64,000 nucleotides of DNA from Octopus sinensis (GCF_006345805.1 NC_043004.1:37076001-37140000), one strand, 5' to 3'; counted from the stretch's first letter, positions 1-14,159 are shown. Made by a program: numbers and translations. The notes: generated from the letters alone by a model not told the origin.

Positions 1-645
1 ACTAGCATGAAAGAGTTTAAAGTGGAATAAATTGGTTTACCATTTAGAAGGAAAAAGGCGAACGTTTTGGCAATACTCTTCGACTAATTATTCTACCCGA
101 AACTCTAGACATTTCCTGTTTCTCAAGCCAAACCAATTTCTTCTGTTTTCGAACTCTTTATGCATTTGATTTGGTCTACTATTAGCACTATACTTCATTC
201 AGTAAGCAATTTTATTAATCTGGATGCGACAGATGTAATGCATATACGAATTGCAACATGGCGAACAAAAGAAGGATTTTTCAATCATTTCATTATGAAC
301 AAGACAAATAACTAAGTGTTATGTTTCAATCTACCGAAACAAGAGTCACACGAATTGACAGATTCTGATCAGAGTTCAATGAAAGCAACACAAAATGTAT
401 TGCTGAGTTAATACACGGAATGTATCTTAGACTAAACAGGATTTTGAAAGCCTCAATAACGATTGATTTATCCTCGAAATGTTCGTCGATTCATTTCATT
501 TACCACAAAGATATAACAGCAGGATGACAAATAGATAGATAAATAGATGGACAGAGAGACGGACTGACGGACGGATAGATAGAGAGGGGGAGAGAGATTA
601 CATAAACAAATGCATACATATATATGAACAGGTGTGTGTGTGTGT

Positions 646-695
<50 letters not shown>

Positions 696-2301
696 GAACA
701 GGAATAGCTTTTCTGCTGATTTATTGAAGCCACCCTTATTCATATTTTTCAAATATATAATACTGTACCAAGCATTATTTCTAACTTTACTATATATGTA
801 TAGTTACTCCCTGCTTCATGCGGATATATATTCAATAATAAGCGATGATACCATCAATATCCTATGAAAAACACATCTGGACTGGGGCATATCCGGTTAT
901 GTGCAGGTTGATGTACGAGACACGCCTGTTTATATATGCTTGGGTTGTTTGTCCTATGTCGAAACTGGAACTTATATCAAGGTTACGGTATCAAAACATC
1001 GGCAGTAAAACGTTCAAAGATTAAGAAGGAGTGTTTTAGGCTCAAAACGAACAAGTGGGAAATAAAAAAAAAATTAATGTAATGAATCACATCAAGTGTT
1101 TAACAAGTAAAGGTTTGTTTGTTTGATTGCTTAATCTGGTGTTGATGTAATTTTATAGAATGTAATGACTCAGTTAAGAAATAAAGAAACGCTGCCTGTT
1201 GGTTTTATGTCTATCAGGTGTTGATGTAAGTTTCCAGGATTTAAGTTGCAAGTTGTCGAAATGGCGACACATTCAGACATTATGCTTAAATAACTCACGA
1301 ATTATTTCAATATAAGACTACTTCCGACGGTGCTAAATTGTAATTTGTATCATTTATATAGGGCCTACCATGTTATGCTTAAAGATGCATCACTTAAATT
1401 TAGCCTCTGTCATTTCTATGTAGTGTTTACGCGCCAACGTTCTGCTATGTTTTACAGGGGTGACATCTAAATATATATTGTCACCTCGCCTGATTGAGCC
1501 AGTATACGTTGGTGAAACACAAATGAATGCCCACTCAATCAATCTTGGAAAGCCGAAGCGAAAGAATATGCAAAAAATAATTATTACCTTGTCCTATTTT
1601 GTTTAGTTACTAACTTTCTGGTTTTACACCATTTCCTACTTTTAACTATTAACAAATAAAGGACGTATCTGGTCTAAACTGAAATGGTGTTATGGAGGGG
1701 AAACAGTCGAAGCACAACAGGGACATTACTGAAAGGGTTGTGCGGCTGAAGCAGTGAATATTTATTTAACTTACTATACACAAAGACGCACACATTATAT
1801 ACACGATAGTTTAAAAAGATAAAAACCCAAAAGCACATACAATACATAGAGTGAGGAAAACAGAAGCACACTTAGAAGTCTTGTTTAGTTTCCTTCCCCA
1901 CTCCATAGAATCTGTCAAGGAGTTCTAGAACTGAGACTTAGTTTTTATATCTGATAATGTATATGATTGGTCGCATCCTGCTCGATTTCAGAGGAAAGAA
2001 GAAGCGGAAGAGCCAAAAATAGAATGATAATGACGAAAGCAGAAGGGTTGCAAACATCATTGTAGAGAGAAAGAAGCCAGTATTTTCTGGAACGAATTTT
2101 ACAGACTGATCGGGCAAGGTACTAAAGACGTAAGTTCGAGAAAGGAGAAGGTAATTAAAACGCGTTGTTAAGTCCCAGAAGTAGGAGAGAAGATTTACTA
2201 GTCAAAGATCGATGACTTCTTGTTACCCTCGTACATTTTTGTTATTTGGAGGGTTCACTATTTTAAATGAATGGGAAAGAGTTATTTCTTGAATATCAAC
2301 A

Positions 2302-2690
2302 GGAGTGGCTGTGTGGTAAGTAGCTTGCTAACCAACCACATGGTTCCGGGTTCAGTCCCACTGCCTGGCATCTTGAGTAAGTGTCTTCTGCTATAGCCCC
2401 GGGCCGACCAATGCCTTGTGAGTGGATTTGGTAGACGGAAACTGAAAGAAACCCGTCGTATATATGTATGTATATATATATATGTGTGTGTGTGTGTGTC
2501 TTTGTGTGTCTGTGTTTGTCCCCCTGCTGGTGTGTTTACGTCCCCGTCACTTAGCGGTTCGGCAAAAGAGACCGATAGAATAAGTACTGGGCTTACAAAG
2601 AATAAGTCCCGGGGTCGATTTGCTCGACTAAAGGCGGTGCTCCAGCATGGCCGCAGTCAAATGACTGAAACAAGTAAAAGAGTAAAGAGA
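2302..2690 (+). mobile_element. tRNA-derived SINE (octopus OK-like family) with internal (AT)/(GT) microsatellite
   Basis: Head GGAGTGGCTGTGTGGTAAGTAGCTTGC...GGTTCAGTCCC resembles pol III A/B boxes. Tail ...CAGCATGGCCGCAGTCAAATGACTGAAACAAGTAAAAGAG. Near-identical copy at 20196-20591. Confidence 0.85.
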
Positions 2691-2699
2691 TATACTTAG

Positions 2700-3230
2700 C
2701 CAATGAAAAATGGCCAGCTCAGTTGTAGTTTCTGAAGAGGTGGGTGTTGCAGTTATATCTGAATTTAAATAGGTTTATATTGTAGACTTTCAATTCTTGA
2801 TTCGCCTAACAATGTATTGGCAAACCTTAGTTAAACCTGTATTCACAGGGCATGAATCAGGGTTGGGAGAGTTGGAGTCACTTAGCCCTTTATCAGATGT
2901 TTAACCTTTGAGAAGTGGTGAGGATCTTGGCAAATTTCTGTAGGAAAAAGAATAAAATTTTAATTGCGTTTGTCGTGAAAATTTGGTAGTGCCTGTGTCA
3001 ATATGGAAGTGTATTTCTAGGGGTTTTAAGAAGTTTCTAGATCCTAAGTTTTCTTCTTCAAAGCCATAGAGTGGAATATACCACCTAATATTTCGAGATC
3101 TGACTTTTCCTATTTTTGGTTTTAGACAAAGTAAACATGTGTTCCACTTTGTTCTTAGAACTGCTTCAAGATTGAGCATCGTTATATTATTGCGAGTATT
3201 ATACATGATTACAATAGTTAGAGATATGAT
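2700..3230 (-). mobile_element. Degenerate Penelope-like element fragment (RT C-terminus / linker toward GIY-YIG)
   Basis: Minus frame reads RSRNIRWYIPLY...NLGSRNFLKPLEIHF...FSRQTQLKFYSFS...NPDSCPVN. This parallels the PLE pattern RKRNIIWFNPPY..NIGRKFLKLLDKHF..FNRNTVKVSYS..CPLNG as I recall it. In-frame stops present. Confidence 0.55.
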
Positions 3231-3598
3231 TATGGTTGCTATTATTTATTCTCTTGAATCAAATACTTTTGTTTTCATTATTAACAAATGGTGACATCAC
3301 ACCTCGGTCAATCAATACAACCAGATAAATTAATATTTTATAAATTCATATCAATGAATCGTATTCTATGTTACACATCAAAAATATGAATTTGGATTAC
3401 AAGTATTTCCCTACTTTTTCATATTTAATGCTTTAATTGTTTATTTGTACAATAAAGAGTAATTTCAGGCAATTATACTAGATTTCATTCGGCCGTATTC
3501 ACTCTTCGAAAATGCTGCGTGTACACGCATTCGCACGCGTACACTTGAACGGCCGTACCGAGAGATAATAAACCAATGCATAATTACATTTTATATGT

Positions 3599-3657
<59 letters not shown>

Positions 3658-4866
3658 GCGTGTGTGTGTGCATGTATGTTTACGTTATCAACCAGAATCA
3701 CCCAACTCGCAACTTCAAAACTGACACAAACACACGCACACACACATTTTTACTTGTTTCAGTCATTTAACTGCGGCCATGCTGGAGCACCACTTTAATT
3801 ATAAGCAGTTTAATTTAAACCGAATTAGTAGCTTCGTTACTGTGGTGTTTCCCCTCATTGGAAAATTTATTATGTTAAAAATAAGCTATTTTAGTCCGTT
3901 GGATTTGGAAATCCCACAATAAATATCGAATTAAATGTATGCCTGAATTCAAAGATTTCGGTTATTATTGCAGAATTATCCAAAGACGTGAAACTTCTTC
4001 GAAAGATAAAGGCCACACCTTTCAGAGCAAATGGCATACAAGTGACATTTTTGAATAGTAAATCGACTTCTTTAGTTTCTGAATGTATGCATATGTTGCA
4101 GGAAACGTAAAGAGAAGTTCAGCGACCCTCGTGTAGTGTCTTTTTTTTATTTCGCTGTTATTTGCAAGAGACAACTTAACGTGGTTGATTAATGCTTCAG
4201 AAAGACATGTCACTGAACTGTCAGACTTTAGGGTTGTTAAGAAAAAAACGTTGCATGATGATACAGGAAAGCTTCATCCATTTATATTGGCTACGAAAGT
4301 TGAGACGTTTTGAGAGCTGTAACTCACTTTAATTCTATTAAAGATCTATGTTCCACTGGGAGCTGCTTATTTATAAGAAATATGGTAATCTTAGCAATAA
4401 TGGAACGAAAATTTAAACTATATAGCGCATTATACTATATATTTCGTTCTACAAAGCCACTATCTTTCAATGGATTATTGTAATGAGCTGCACAAAGTAC
4501 TCCTTGCCAAAGGATAAACTGAATATGCAATTACTAATATTATTTATTAATTCTTTAATGATTGTTGATAAAATTATTGGAGTTTATATCAATACAGTGC
4601 AATTTTTAAAGTTTATTGCAGGAGAAATGTCTAGGTATGGAGTTATGCCTACCACCTGTATTTGAATGAGATACATATCTACTGTAATCATAAAATCTAA
4701 TTCTTTGAATTATCTTGGACACGTTCCTGGCTTATTCTGTGCCTTTCCACAACTCGCTAAATGTTTACAAGCACAAGCTTTACCTATATATATATATAGA
4801 TATATATATATAAACACTGACCTACAAACGCACAGAAGCACGCATACACACATAAATATACATATT

Positions 4867-4953
<87 letters not shown>

Positions 4954-6246
4954 GCCATTTAATTTATCAAGCACTGTTCTCGCCATGTTACAAGATCTGA
5001 AAATGCAACGAAAGAAGATCCAGAAATTTTCTGCACAAAAAAATTTTTCCGAAACCTCTCTTAAAATATATCGTCAAGTTGAAAAAACAAGAGATCCAAA
5101 GATAGGAGCCATATTTCAATTATAAGAGGGACACGGAGACACCAAAGTAAGCAAGTCTCCCACCGAAACGCTAGCAATTTTAACACTGAGTCTCACATTT
5201 TTTATATGATCAAAGTGTTTGAGAAGATCCTCCAACAACGTTGAAGGAATAGGTGAGCGTAGCAGGATGGTCAATGGAGTTGGGAAGGTTTGTGGCCACC
5301 TTCCAGAGCTATAAAATGGCGTCTCTGAAGAACCCGTAACAATGGAAGATTTTGTGAGGTCTGTCGATGTTTTAGAAACAGCAGTCAACATCTTCCTTAA
5401 ATAACACCCAATTACTTTTTAGAGATAACTTATTCGATAATTTAGTTATAACTAGGTAATGCATGAATTATTAAACGCGATGGTCAAGGCTGGAGTGCAA
5501 TTTCCATTGATCAGCTCAATAGGGCTGACATAAAGCTCATCAACAGCAAATTTCAACAGTGGAATGAGCTTTCCAGATGGCTGATATTCCGGAGAAAAGA
5601 GGCTGAGTCAGTGATTGGCGAAATAAGACTGTGACGCAAGGAGGAGAAACGGGTATATGCTATATCTGGGGTATAGGGTTTTACTGCTACATCTATCATT
5701 TGAGAAGTGATGTAGCAGTGTGTGAAGACAGTAGATCGGTGAATTACAAGGATGGAGTCGGTTATTGAGTTGTTCAATGACAATCAGTCGGACAGTTTTC
5801 TTTCAGATGCAGACTTAGGTGACATGTTTATAGCAGCAGAGTCGTTCCAAATGTGTTAAACACTCAAATACAAACACACAAGAAAATAACCGATAGAGGA
5901 ATATAACTAAAAATAGAGGCACAGATAAACAGATAAAGTGTCGCTTTAGAATATTTCAGTGAAGAAAGTGGAGATGTTCAGCGACACATAAAAGAAGAAA
6001 GGGAACACAGAAACGAAAGAAAACCTATTAAAGTTCGAAAACAGATAAAAAAAATATCAGATACAAGAGGAAAATGCAGACAGGAAGACATTTTCACCTT
6101 AAACATGCGTATAATATACAAACATCATACACATAAGAGTAAAACATCAAAATATGGTTGTCAAACATATACACCTCAGAAGTTACATCATTAGGAAAAT
6201 CTTAAAGTATGTTAATATACATAAATACTTATACATATATGATAGA

Positions 6247-6298
<52 letters not shown>

Positions 6299-7353
6299 CA
6301 TATATATATATGTTTGTGTGTGTGTGTGCGTGTGTGTGTGTGTGCGTGTGTGTGCGTGTGTCCGTAATGTATTTATAAATATATACATTCTTGTATAAAT
6401 ATTTTTGATTGTATATGGAAATGTATGCAGGCATTTATTTAATTATACAAATATTCATGCATACACACACACACAAATATATATGTATACACATAAACAA
6501 ATGTTCACACACACACACACACATACTCTCGCACGAAGCCAATGCCTCTGAATGAAAGCAAATAAAATCAACACGCAGCTTCTCTGCAATTTAATATCAG
6601 ATATATATATATATATATATATATATCAACGAATAAAATGTGCGTGCGCGTGCGTGTGCGTGCGCGTGCGTGTGCGTGCGCGTGCGTGTGCGTGCGCGTG
6701 CGTGTGCGTGCATGCGTAGAATTAATATATATGCCTTTATATATGTATATAAATATGTTTTTGAAAGTGAATATATGACATATGTATGTGTGTATGTTTG
6801 TGTGTGTGTGTTGTTTTTATACACAAATATGTGACTACATGTGTGTGTGCGTGTGTGTGTGTGTGTACGTATTCCTTTACTCTCTTACACCCGTCACTGC
6901 TCGACATTTAAGAGGACGAATTCTTAGTGGATCATATCAAACCCAATATGTACTTCGATCTCAATTTATCGATTGATGTAATTACATCTCGAATTGAAGG
7001 GACACAACTCGATATCGGCTAACAGCAGGTGCGCATTTATGCGCGTATATTGAGGATCTCCGTCAATGAACGACGAGGAATATGTTGTTCCATCAACTGA
7101 AGTACCTACTCTTGATTTCCCTAACGGCCAGATGGTTGAATATCTCACAATCATTTACAATTACATTAAGCAACTCGACGAGCTTGCGTATAATTTCCGC
7201 CGACTCATTTTCAACTACAAGCTGTGAGATGACGGGAGAGTATAGAAAATGCCACTTGCCTAAGAAGACGCACAGAGGGATCGAACCCATGATTGCGTGG
7301 TTGCAAATAAAGTTTCTTACTGGGAGTTCAAACATATACACTAAAGTATAAAC

Positions 7354-7390
<37 letters not shown>

Positions 7391-7429
7391 CATACATACA
7401 TACACACACACACATAGCTTCTCTGTAAT

Positions 7430-7632
7430 TTGGAATTAGGGTTACCCGGTATTTGGGCGGAGGTGCTAGCCGTTTAGATCGGAAAGAGTATATGATTTGT
7501 GCATTATTTTTATCGGCCACGAAATGACGACTGGCAGAGTTGACCTTGATGTAATTTGAAATCAGAACGCATGGAAGTAGAAAAAGTACCGCAAAACGTT
7601 TTCCCCGGCATTCTAACGATTCGGCCACGCCA
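7430..7632 (-). mobile_element. Degenerate tRNA-derived SINE
   Basis: Reverse complement aligns by eye with the GGCGGCGAGCTGGCAGAA...GAGTTCAAATTCCGCCGAGGTCGAC family. Confidence 0.55.
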
Positions 7633-7842
7633 TATTGTTGCCCAATCAGCTTTAAATGCTTCTTCGTTGAATTGGTGACCAGAAACTCTTATATATTCTC
7701 AGAATTTCGAAAATTTCTATATTAGTCTGTATTATCACAACTGTCTGATGAACGGTGTGTGCGCGTGTGAGTGAGATAGAGAGAGACAAAGAGTACACTG
7801 ACACACACACACACATACACACGCACTAACACATGTGTACGT

Positions 7843-7879
<37 letters not shown>

Positions 7880-7942
7880 AACAATCAGACAGCTACGTAC
7901 ATATACATACATACATACATATATACATACTACATACATACA

Positions 7943-7973
<31 letters not shown>

Positions 7974-8339
7974 GCACACACACACACGTTCACTGTATAT
8001 TAAACATGTTTGTGAAGGTATATATGTATACAGACAGATTATTAAAGAGAAAGAGACAGACAGACAGACAGACAGACAGATAGATTAGATTAGATAGATA
8101 GAAAAGACACGGACAGACAGATAGACAGATTCAAGCATCGGAAATGGGGAGCTATGCAAATTCTTCGGTTTCTGCATATGAACAGCTTTACGACGCCTAC
8201 CATTACCATTGCACATCATGGAAACCTTATTTTGAGATCTGAGATCGAACGAAACACAAGATTTAGTGGCCTGGCAAGATCATTCTGCAAGGAATCGTTC
8301 AGGGAGAAACAAAACCATTTTTAAAAAAAGTGGTTTTCT

Positions 8340-8625
8340 TTCTCCCGACCTGACCAATGGCTTGTGAGTAGATGTGGTGGATTGAAACTGAGAGAAGCCC
8401 GTCGTGTGTGTGTGTGTGTTTGATTTAGCTTTGTTCCCCATCACTGCTTCACAACCGGTGCTGGTTTATTTACGTTCTCGCAACTTAGCGGTTCAGCAAA
8501 AAACAACTGATAGAATTAGTACCGGGCTTTAAAAACCAGAAATACTGGTGTCGATTTGGTCAGCTAAACCTTTCAAGGCACAGTCTAATGACATGGGCGC
8601 ATCCTAATGGCTAAAACAAAGATAA
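8340..8625 (+). mobile_element. Degenerate OK-like SINE (5' truncated)
   Basis: ACCAATGGCTTGTGAGT...GAAACTGAGAGAAGCCCGTCG-(GT)n-...CTTAGCGGTTCAGCAAAA matches the 2302 copy. Confidence 0.65.
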
Positions 8626-9597
8626 AGGACATATGCACAATGCGCACAAAACTTTGCTACGTGAGTGGGGGGGTGACTGCATGAAAAGGACACCAATGAA
8701 AGAGGACTTCAATGGTCAACGGCCGTGTCATAGTTTGTCCGAGCAGAGAGGAGGACATTGTGTATCATTGAAATGAAGCATAAAAGAAATGACTAACTCA
8801 TCTCCATAATTTCGAAGTTGGCGTCAGAAATCTAATGAGGTCACTAGCTCGGGTGGCAACATACAGATATAGTGTACAGAAACCATGTTACAAGGTAAAC
8901 ATTTGATATATTATAGCTTGTTATCCATGCCATTGCCAAGTCTGGAGATCCCTTCAGCTATTTGGGGAATAGCACACATTCTTTGTACAACCTCAGTGGT
9001 TTTCAGTTTATCTTGCCGCTGGGCAGAGTCTTTGAAATCGAGATAAGGATTTCTCACAGTAAAATTTTGCGCTAATCTTGTATCTGCCTCTGTAGCAGCT
9101 AGATCACTGTCAAACTTGACGGACGAGATATGATGTGTGTGTGTGTGTGTGTGTGTGTCCTTATCTTTCCCTATATCTGCTCATGTACTCAAATGACTGA
9201 ACCAGCAATAACCTACTTGGCTGATGACGAACTCCTGCAGCCGGAAGTTTGAGGAAGGAAGCACTAACACCGAATTTTCTCTTGCTGTTTGTCTCAGTCT
9301 TAACGTACGAATAAATGCCAGCAGACGAAAACAAACCGTGTACAACGTTTTCGTAGAACTCGGAACTGCATCAAATCCTATAAATCATGAAGTGTGAGCA
9401 ACATTTCGTTTGCACTCATCCATTCGTCGCAATCAGCAGATTCCAAATCAAAAACTCAAGTGTAGTGCCAGTCTTTCACGACAGAAACAATTAAAGGAGT
9501 AAGACATTGTTTTATACATACATACATACACACACACATATATATATATATTTTATAGACATATGTGACGTGTATGTTTATATAGTATGTTTATATA

Positions 9598-9905
9598 GTG
9601 GAGGCGCAATGGCCTAGTGGTTAGGACAGCGGACTCGCGGTCGCAGGATCGTGGCTTCGATTCCCAGACCGGGCGTTGTGTGTGTTTATTGAGCGAAAAC
9701 ACCTAAAAGCTCCATGAGGCTCCGGCAGAGGGTGGTGATCCCTGCTGTCCTCTTTCACCACTCGCTGTTGGCCTTTCACCACCACTGTTGGCCTGCTCGC
9801 TTAGCCAGCGGGGTGGCGTCATTCGAAGGCTAAAACAATGCGAACTCATTGTGACCAGCGATGTGTAACAACATCTGATGGTCTGGTCGGTCACGTGATC
9901 ACGTG

Positions 9906-9908
<3 letters not shown>
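9598..9908 (+). mobile_element. tRNA-derived SINE (OR-like family, tail type 1)
   Basis: GTGGAGGCGCAATGGCCTAGTGG (A box)...GCTTCGATTCC (B box). The head is shared with copies at 39309-39680 and 55140-55520, but the 3' half differs. Confidence 0.85.
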
Positions 9909-9936
<28 letters not shown>

Positions 9937-10063
9937 GGATTCATTAAATGTTGAATTTTTTTCTCACGGTTTTTGAGTTTTTGTTAAATGACTTGTAAAT
10001 ACCTTTCACGCTGCAATTCTTTTCTCAGATCAGGTCACTTGCTTTTCAAGTACATCTCCATAA

Positions 10064-10112
<49 letters not shown>

Positions 10113-10122
10113 ATATATATGA

Positions 10123-10230
10123 AATCAAAATAAGCAACAAGTATATCCAAGGTAGAGTGTTTAATAAAATGAAGTAGCATGAAACAATTGTACTACTCTA
10201 CCTTGGATATACTTGTTGCTTATTTTGATT
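10123..10230. repeat. Perfect 36-bp inverted repeat with a 36-nt spacer
   Basis: 10123-10158 AATCAAAATAAGCAACAAGTATATCCAAGGTAGAGT is the exact reverse complement of 10195-10230. Confidence 0.95.
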
Positions 10231-10376
10231 ATAATCACCCCATTTGATTTATATGAATAATACCATACAAAATTCTGGTGCCTTTAACTTAAGTACCATA
10301 TTCATCTGAATCTAAATTTTGCTGAACTTATATATATATATGCGTATATGTATGTATATATATGCGTGTATGTATG

Positions 10377-10425
<49 letters not shown>

Positions 10426-10469
10426 ATATATATAAACACGCAAACACATATATACTGCTATACACACAC

Positions 10470-11780
10470 ACAAGGAAGGGACGAAATACAGGAAACGCTC
10501 CTTTTAATTATTTCTTTTCTTTTGTAGAATGAACAATTCAAAACTGTTGGAGTGTGAGTGTGTTCATATGCATTATGAACGTTTTGTATTCCATCATATG
10601 AGAGATATTTACATTGAAATAAGCTAAAATGCGTGACCTGTCTGATTTCCAAAGATGATAAATTTGGGGGACGTGGATGGGTGAAGTTTTAGCCACTAAA
10701 ATCACTGAACTGTTTAATGTTTCGAGAAGCATAATCTCTAAAATCATGTTGGCATTGGAAAACCAAGGTAAAAACCACCTCTGGCAAGCACAGTTCTGCA
10801 TGGAAGGCAAAGCAGGTGAAGAGTGGCCACGGTATAGAAAAACGTATTGTGTGGGAAACCTATCGAACTACATCACCAAAAGTGAGAGAAGCGCTAAACC
10901 ACTACCTTACCAATTTTGTATCAACCAAAACTGTTCATCGTGAGCTCCTTAAAGCTGAATACCACGGAAGGACGGCAACTGATAAACGTCTCCTGTCCTC
11001 CATCAACATTGATATACAGAAAAATAATCTCTTCACTATCAAAATTGTTCAATGATTCAATGGAACAATATCATCTTTCAAGAATTATCATCCCCACCCC
11101 CATCCCTACCCCCCATCATTTTCCCACTTCCGGGTTGAGTTTGTCAGGAAACAGTTCCAAAGATGCCTTCAATTCTGACTCATAGGATCCTGCCGTGAAA
11201 CACAGAGGTTGTTCTGTACTAATTAGGGCAACCACGCCACAGAATTCTCTTGCTCGCTCGATTTTTCTACAAAACAAACTTAATGCCCAAGATTATTTGA
11301 GTATTTTTCTAGTGTTTGTACCATCGTATGGTACAAACATTGTTCCTTAATGCACCGCATTTTTTCCAGGATAACAATGCGGCGAATCACGCGGTTATTG
11401 TTATTCAAAACTGATAGGAAGAACACAAAAGAAGACCACTTATATTGCCCCCACCACATACACACACACAAACACACACACACACGCATACACACTCAAA
11501 CACACACACACACACACTTATCAGATTTTAATAAAATCCAGTATTTATGGTGTATCTTAGAGCAGCAAGTGAGGAGCCGCTTTTTCCTCTGCCATCGTCG
11601 CTAAAAGAGCTATAGCATTTCCCATGAAGAATGGATCAAATTCTCCGAACAATCAGTCAGAACCTGCACACGTTCATTCCTAAAACTGTGATTGGTACCA
11701 AAGGTGAACTAATACCGTATTAAACAAAAAAAAAACACTTCCAATTAACAAGGTGTTTCAATTCTTTTGTCGCACCCGTT
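10470..11780 (+). mobile_element. Full-length degenerate Tc1/mariner transposon (transposase pseudogene about 10629-11723)
   Basis: Reading across frameshifts and stops gives MRDLSDFQR..ITELFNVSRSIISKIM (paired HTH), VSTKTVHRELLKAEYHGR, QWNNIIF, HFPTSG, AVKHRGCSVLI, FFQDNNA, SDFNKIQYLW, QNLHTFIP..GELIPY*. Imperfect TIR-like ends at about 10470-10498 and 11752-11780. Confidence 0.85.
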
Positions 11781-12179
11781 TGACCCCGTGTCATTTGAAA
11801 CTCATTTTGGCCGATAAGTTTGTTGCCATTAATGTTCTACTTGAACCTTGAACCGTTGCAAATCAGCACCTACAGGGAATTGGGAAGGGGGACTGGGGAG
11901 GGAGATTGGGGTGGCGTGACGTTCTGAGAATGAAGTTGTGGGCGGAGTGAGTAGAGCAGGTTGACGCAGCAAGGGGTATCCGGGGAACAGGCATGAGCTG
12001 CGTGGGAATGTTTGAAGGAAGGTTGCAAGAGTCCAGCTTGCTCCGGGAACAAAATGCATTATGATACTGTTCTACAGTGTTTACTTACAAATACTTATAC
12101 ACACACACATGTACATATATATATATATATGTACACGTGTGTGTGTATAAGTATATAAGTATATATATATATATTATAT

Positions 12180-12219
<40 letters not shown>

Positions 12220-12327
12220 GCGTATATATATATGTGTATATACACACATATATATATATATGCATGTCCATACATATACACGCATATATACATATACATT
12301 CACATATTCACATATAATACATTTATT

Positions 12328-12360
<33 letters not shown>

Positions 12361-13498
12361 AGGTTGAGGGTATGTACATTTTCTCAGAATTTCGGATGGG
12401 GTGGTTTCATGAAACTCATGTGTCACAACATTTGACGGACGACAGTTTGATTGCAACCTTCGATATGCCGTAAAGAAGAGTCATCGATTGTCTACAAGAT
12501 CAAACAAAACTGATATGTGGCAGCTCAGGTACTCACCAATATGAGGTGATTCAAATTAAAAAGGCCCTTCACACTAACAACTTTCTCGCAAGGTTATCAT
12601 GCTTCTAAGAGTCAAGATATAAGGCGCCACAATATTTAATTTTAAAATTGTTCTAGCATCTGTCTGCTTTACATAAGAGGCGTGTCGAGAAAATACGAGA
12701 GAATTCAATGACAGACCTCCTTTTCAGGGCTATTCGCCACGCACAACGCCTCGAACATGAGAACTGCGTGTATTCTATAACACGTAGCTATGGCATTGAA
12801 TACAGAGGGTTTCACTAAAAGTCAGGCAGGAAAAACATTGGAAAACTGTGATTCGGGGAAGGCACACAACCAGTCATGGCTGATCATTTGTGAAAGAGAA
12901 ACGGAAGTCCTCAACTCTTGCTAACAACGTCCAGATTATAAATCGGAAACAACACTAGAAGACAAGCAAAGTGAAAGTGTCAGCTCATGCACTGCGCTTT
13001 AATAACTTCTCCTCTTCAGCAGACCTAGCATAGCTAATGTATACTATATGAAAGCCCTTAAGAAAGTCTAGTAAACCTACAGCCATGAAAGTGTTAGCTA
13101 TAAAGCTGCTAATTTTCTAAACTGCATTACTTAGGGGTCCTACAGCACACAGGGATAGAAACGTTGATGTGTACTTTTCGGTAGCAGTCGAAAGGATGGA
13201 CACGAGTCGGAACTAGGATACACATAGGGATTAAGTTAAACAATATATGCTCTGGTTTGGGGAAACAGGATAACAATCTAGCCCATTCTGGATGGCATGA
13301 AGCAGAATAAGTGATATAAGAACATTCTTAATATGAACAACTTTTCTGGCTGGCTGGGTTTTTCCAAATACGGTAGGCAACCGAAGGGTAGCAATTATAA
13401 CAACCAAGGTTAGGACCTTATTCATCGTGTGGCGTGTCAGTGTGTGTGTGTATATATACATATATGTATGTGTAGTAGTAGTAGTAGTAGTAGTAGTA

Positions 13499-13548
<50 letters not shown>

Positions 13549-13849
13549 CTAGTTTGATTCATAGAATTATGTAGCTATCACGGAGTTCAAGCTTTGATAT
13601 AACCATGATGCTCTGGTGATCTGATGACTTAACTTTCTTTATCTGCACTGATTTGTAAATATACAATTTTATTGCATACTGCATAGCATGCATATCAGGG
13701 TGGACAAGTGAAATATTTTTTTTTATTATACACTGAAATTATTATCACGTGATGAATGCTGCGAAACAGCCATAATCTTAAGGGTAACAAGTGGTAAATA
13801 AATATATTCACTTTCGTATCTCCTAACATTTTATGGTATAATATATAAT

Positions 13850-13901
<52 letters not shown>

Positions 13902-14059
13902 ATCTCCTTGTCTCAAGAAATATACATATATTTTCTCGGTCTTTAAATCAAAATATTTCGGTTTCGGAAACAACTACTTTTAATGGCTGAGATGTGACTA
14001 AACTTTGAGCAAAGGAAAATTATTCTGGTGTGAAAGTGGAAAGACGTAGCTGGAGAGTA

Positions 14060-14159
14060 NNNNNNNNNNNNNNNNNNNNNNNNNNNNNNNNNNNNNNNNN
14101 NNNNNNNNNNNNNNNNNNNNNNNNNNNNNNNNNNNNNNNNNNNNNNNNNNNNNNNNNNN
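14060..14159. other. Assembly gap (100 N)
   Basis: Run of exactly 100 N next to (CA)n repeats. Confidence 1.

Noticed and set aside
1490-1530. CTGATTGA-GCCA..TGGT-GAAA as a hammerhead
   Set aside because: The core has an insertion, and I found no NUH triplet with pairing stems III and I.
7066-7227. 53-aa ORF MNDEEYVVPSTEVPTLDFPNGQ...
   Set aside because: It looks protein-like but is short, has no recognisable domain and no convincing splice sites. A BLASTp or RNA-seq check would settle it.
9598-9680. tRNA gene
   Set aside because: The A/B boxes continue into a SINE body repeated elsewhere in the window. The same applies to the other tRNA-like heads.
13231-13461. Minus-strand ORF with a signal-peptide-like stretch (MNKVLTLVVIIATL...)
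   Set aside because: It starts in a microsatellite, has no recognisable family, and its hydrophobic run is expected by chance in AT-rich DNA.
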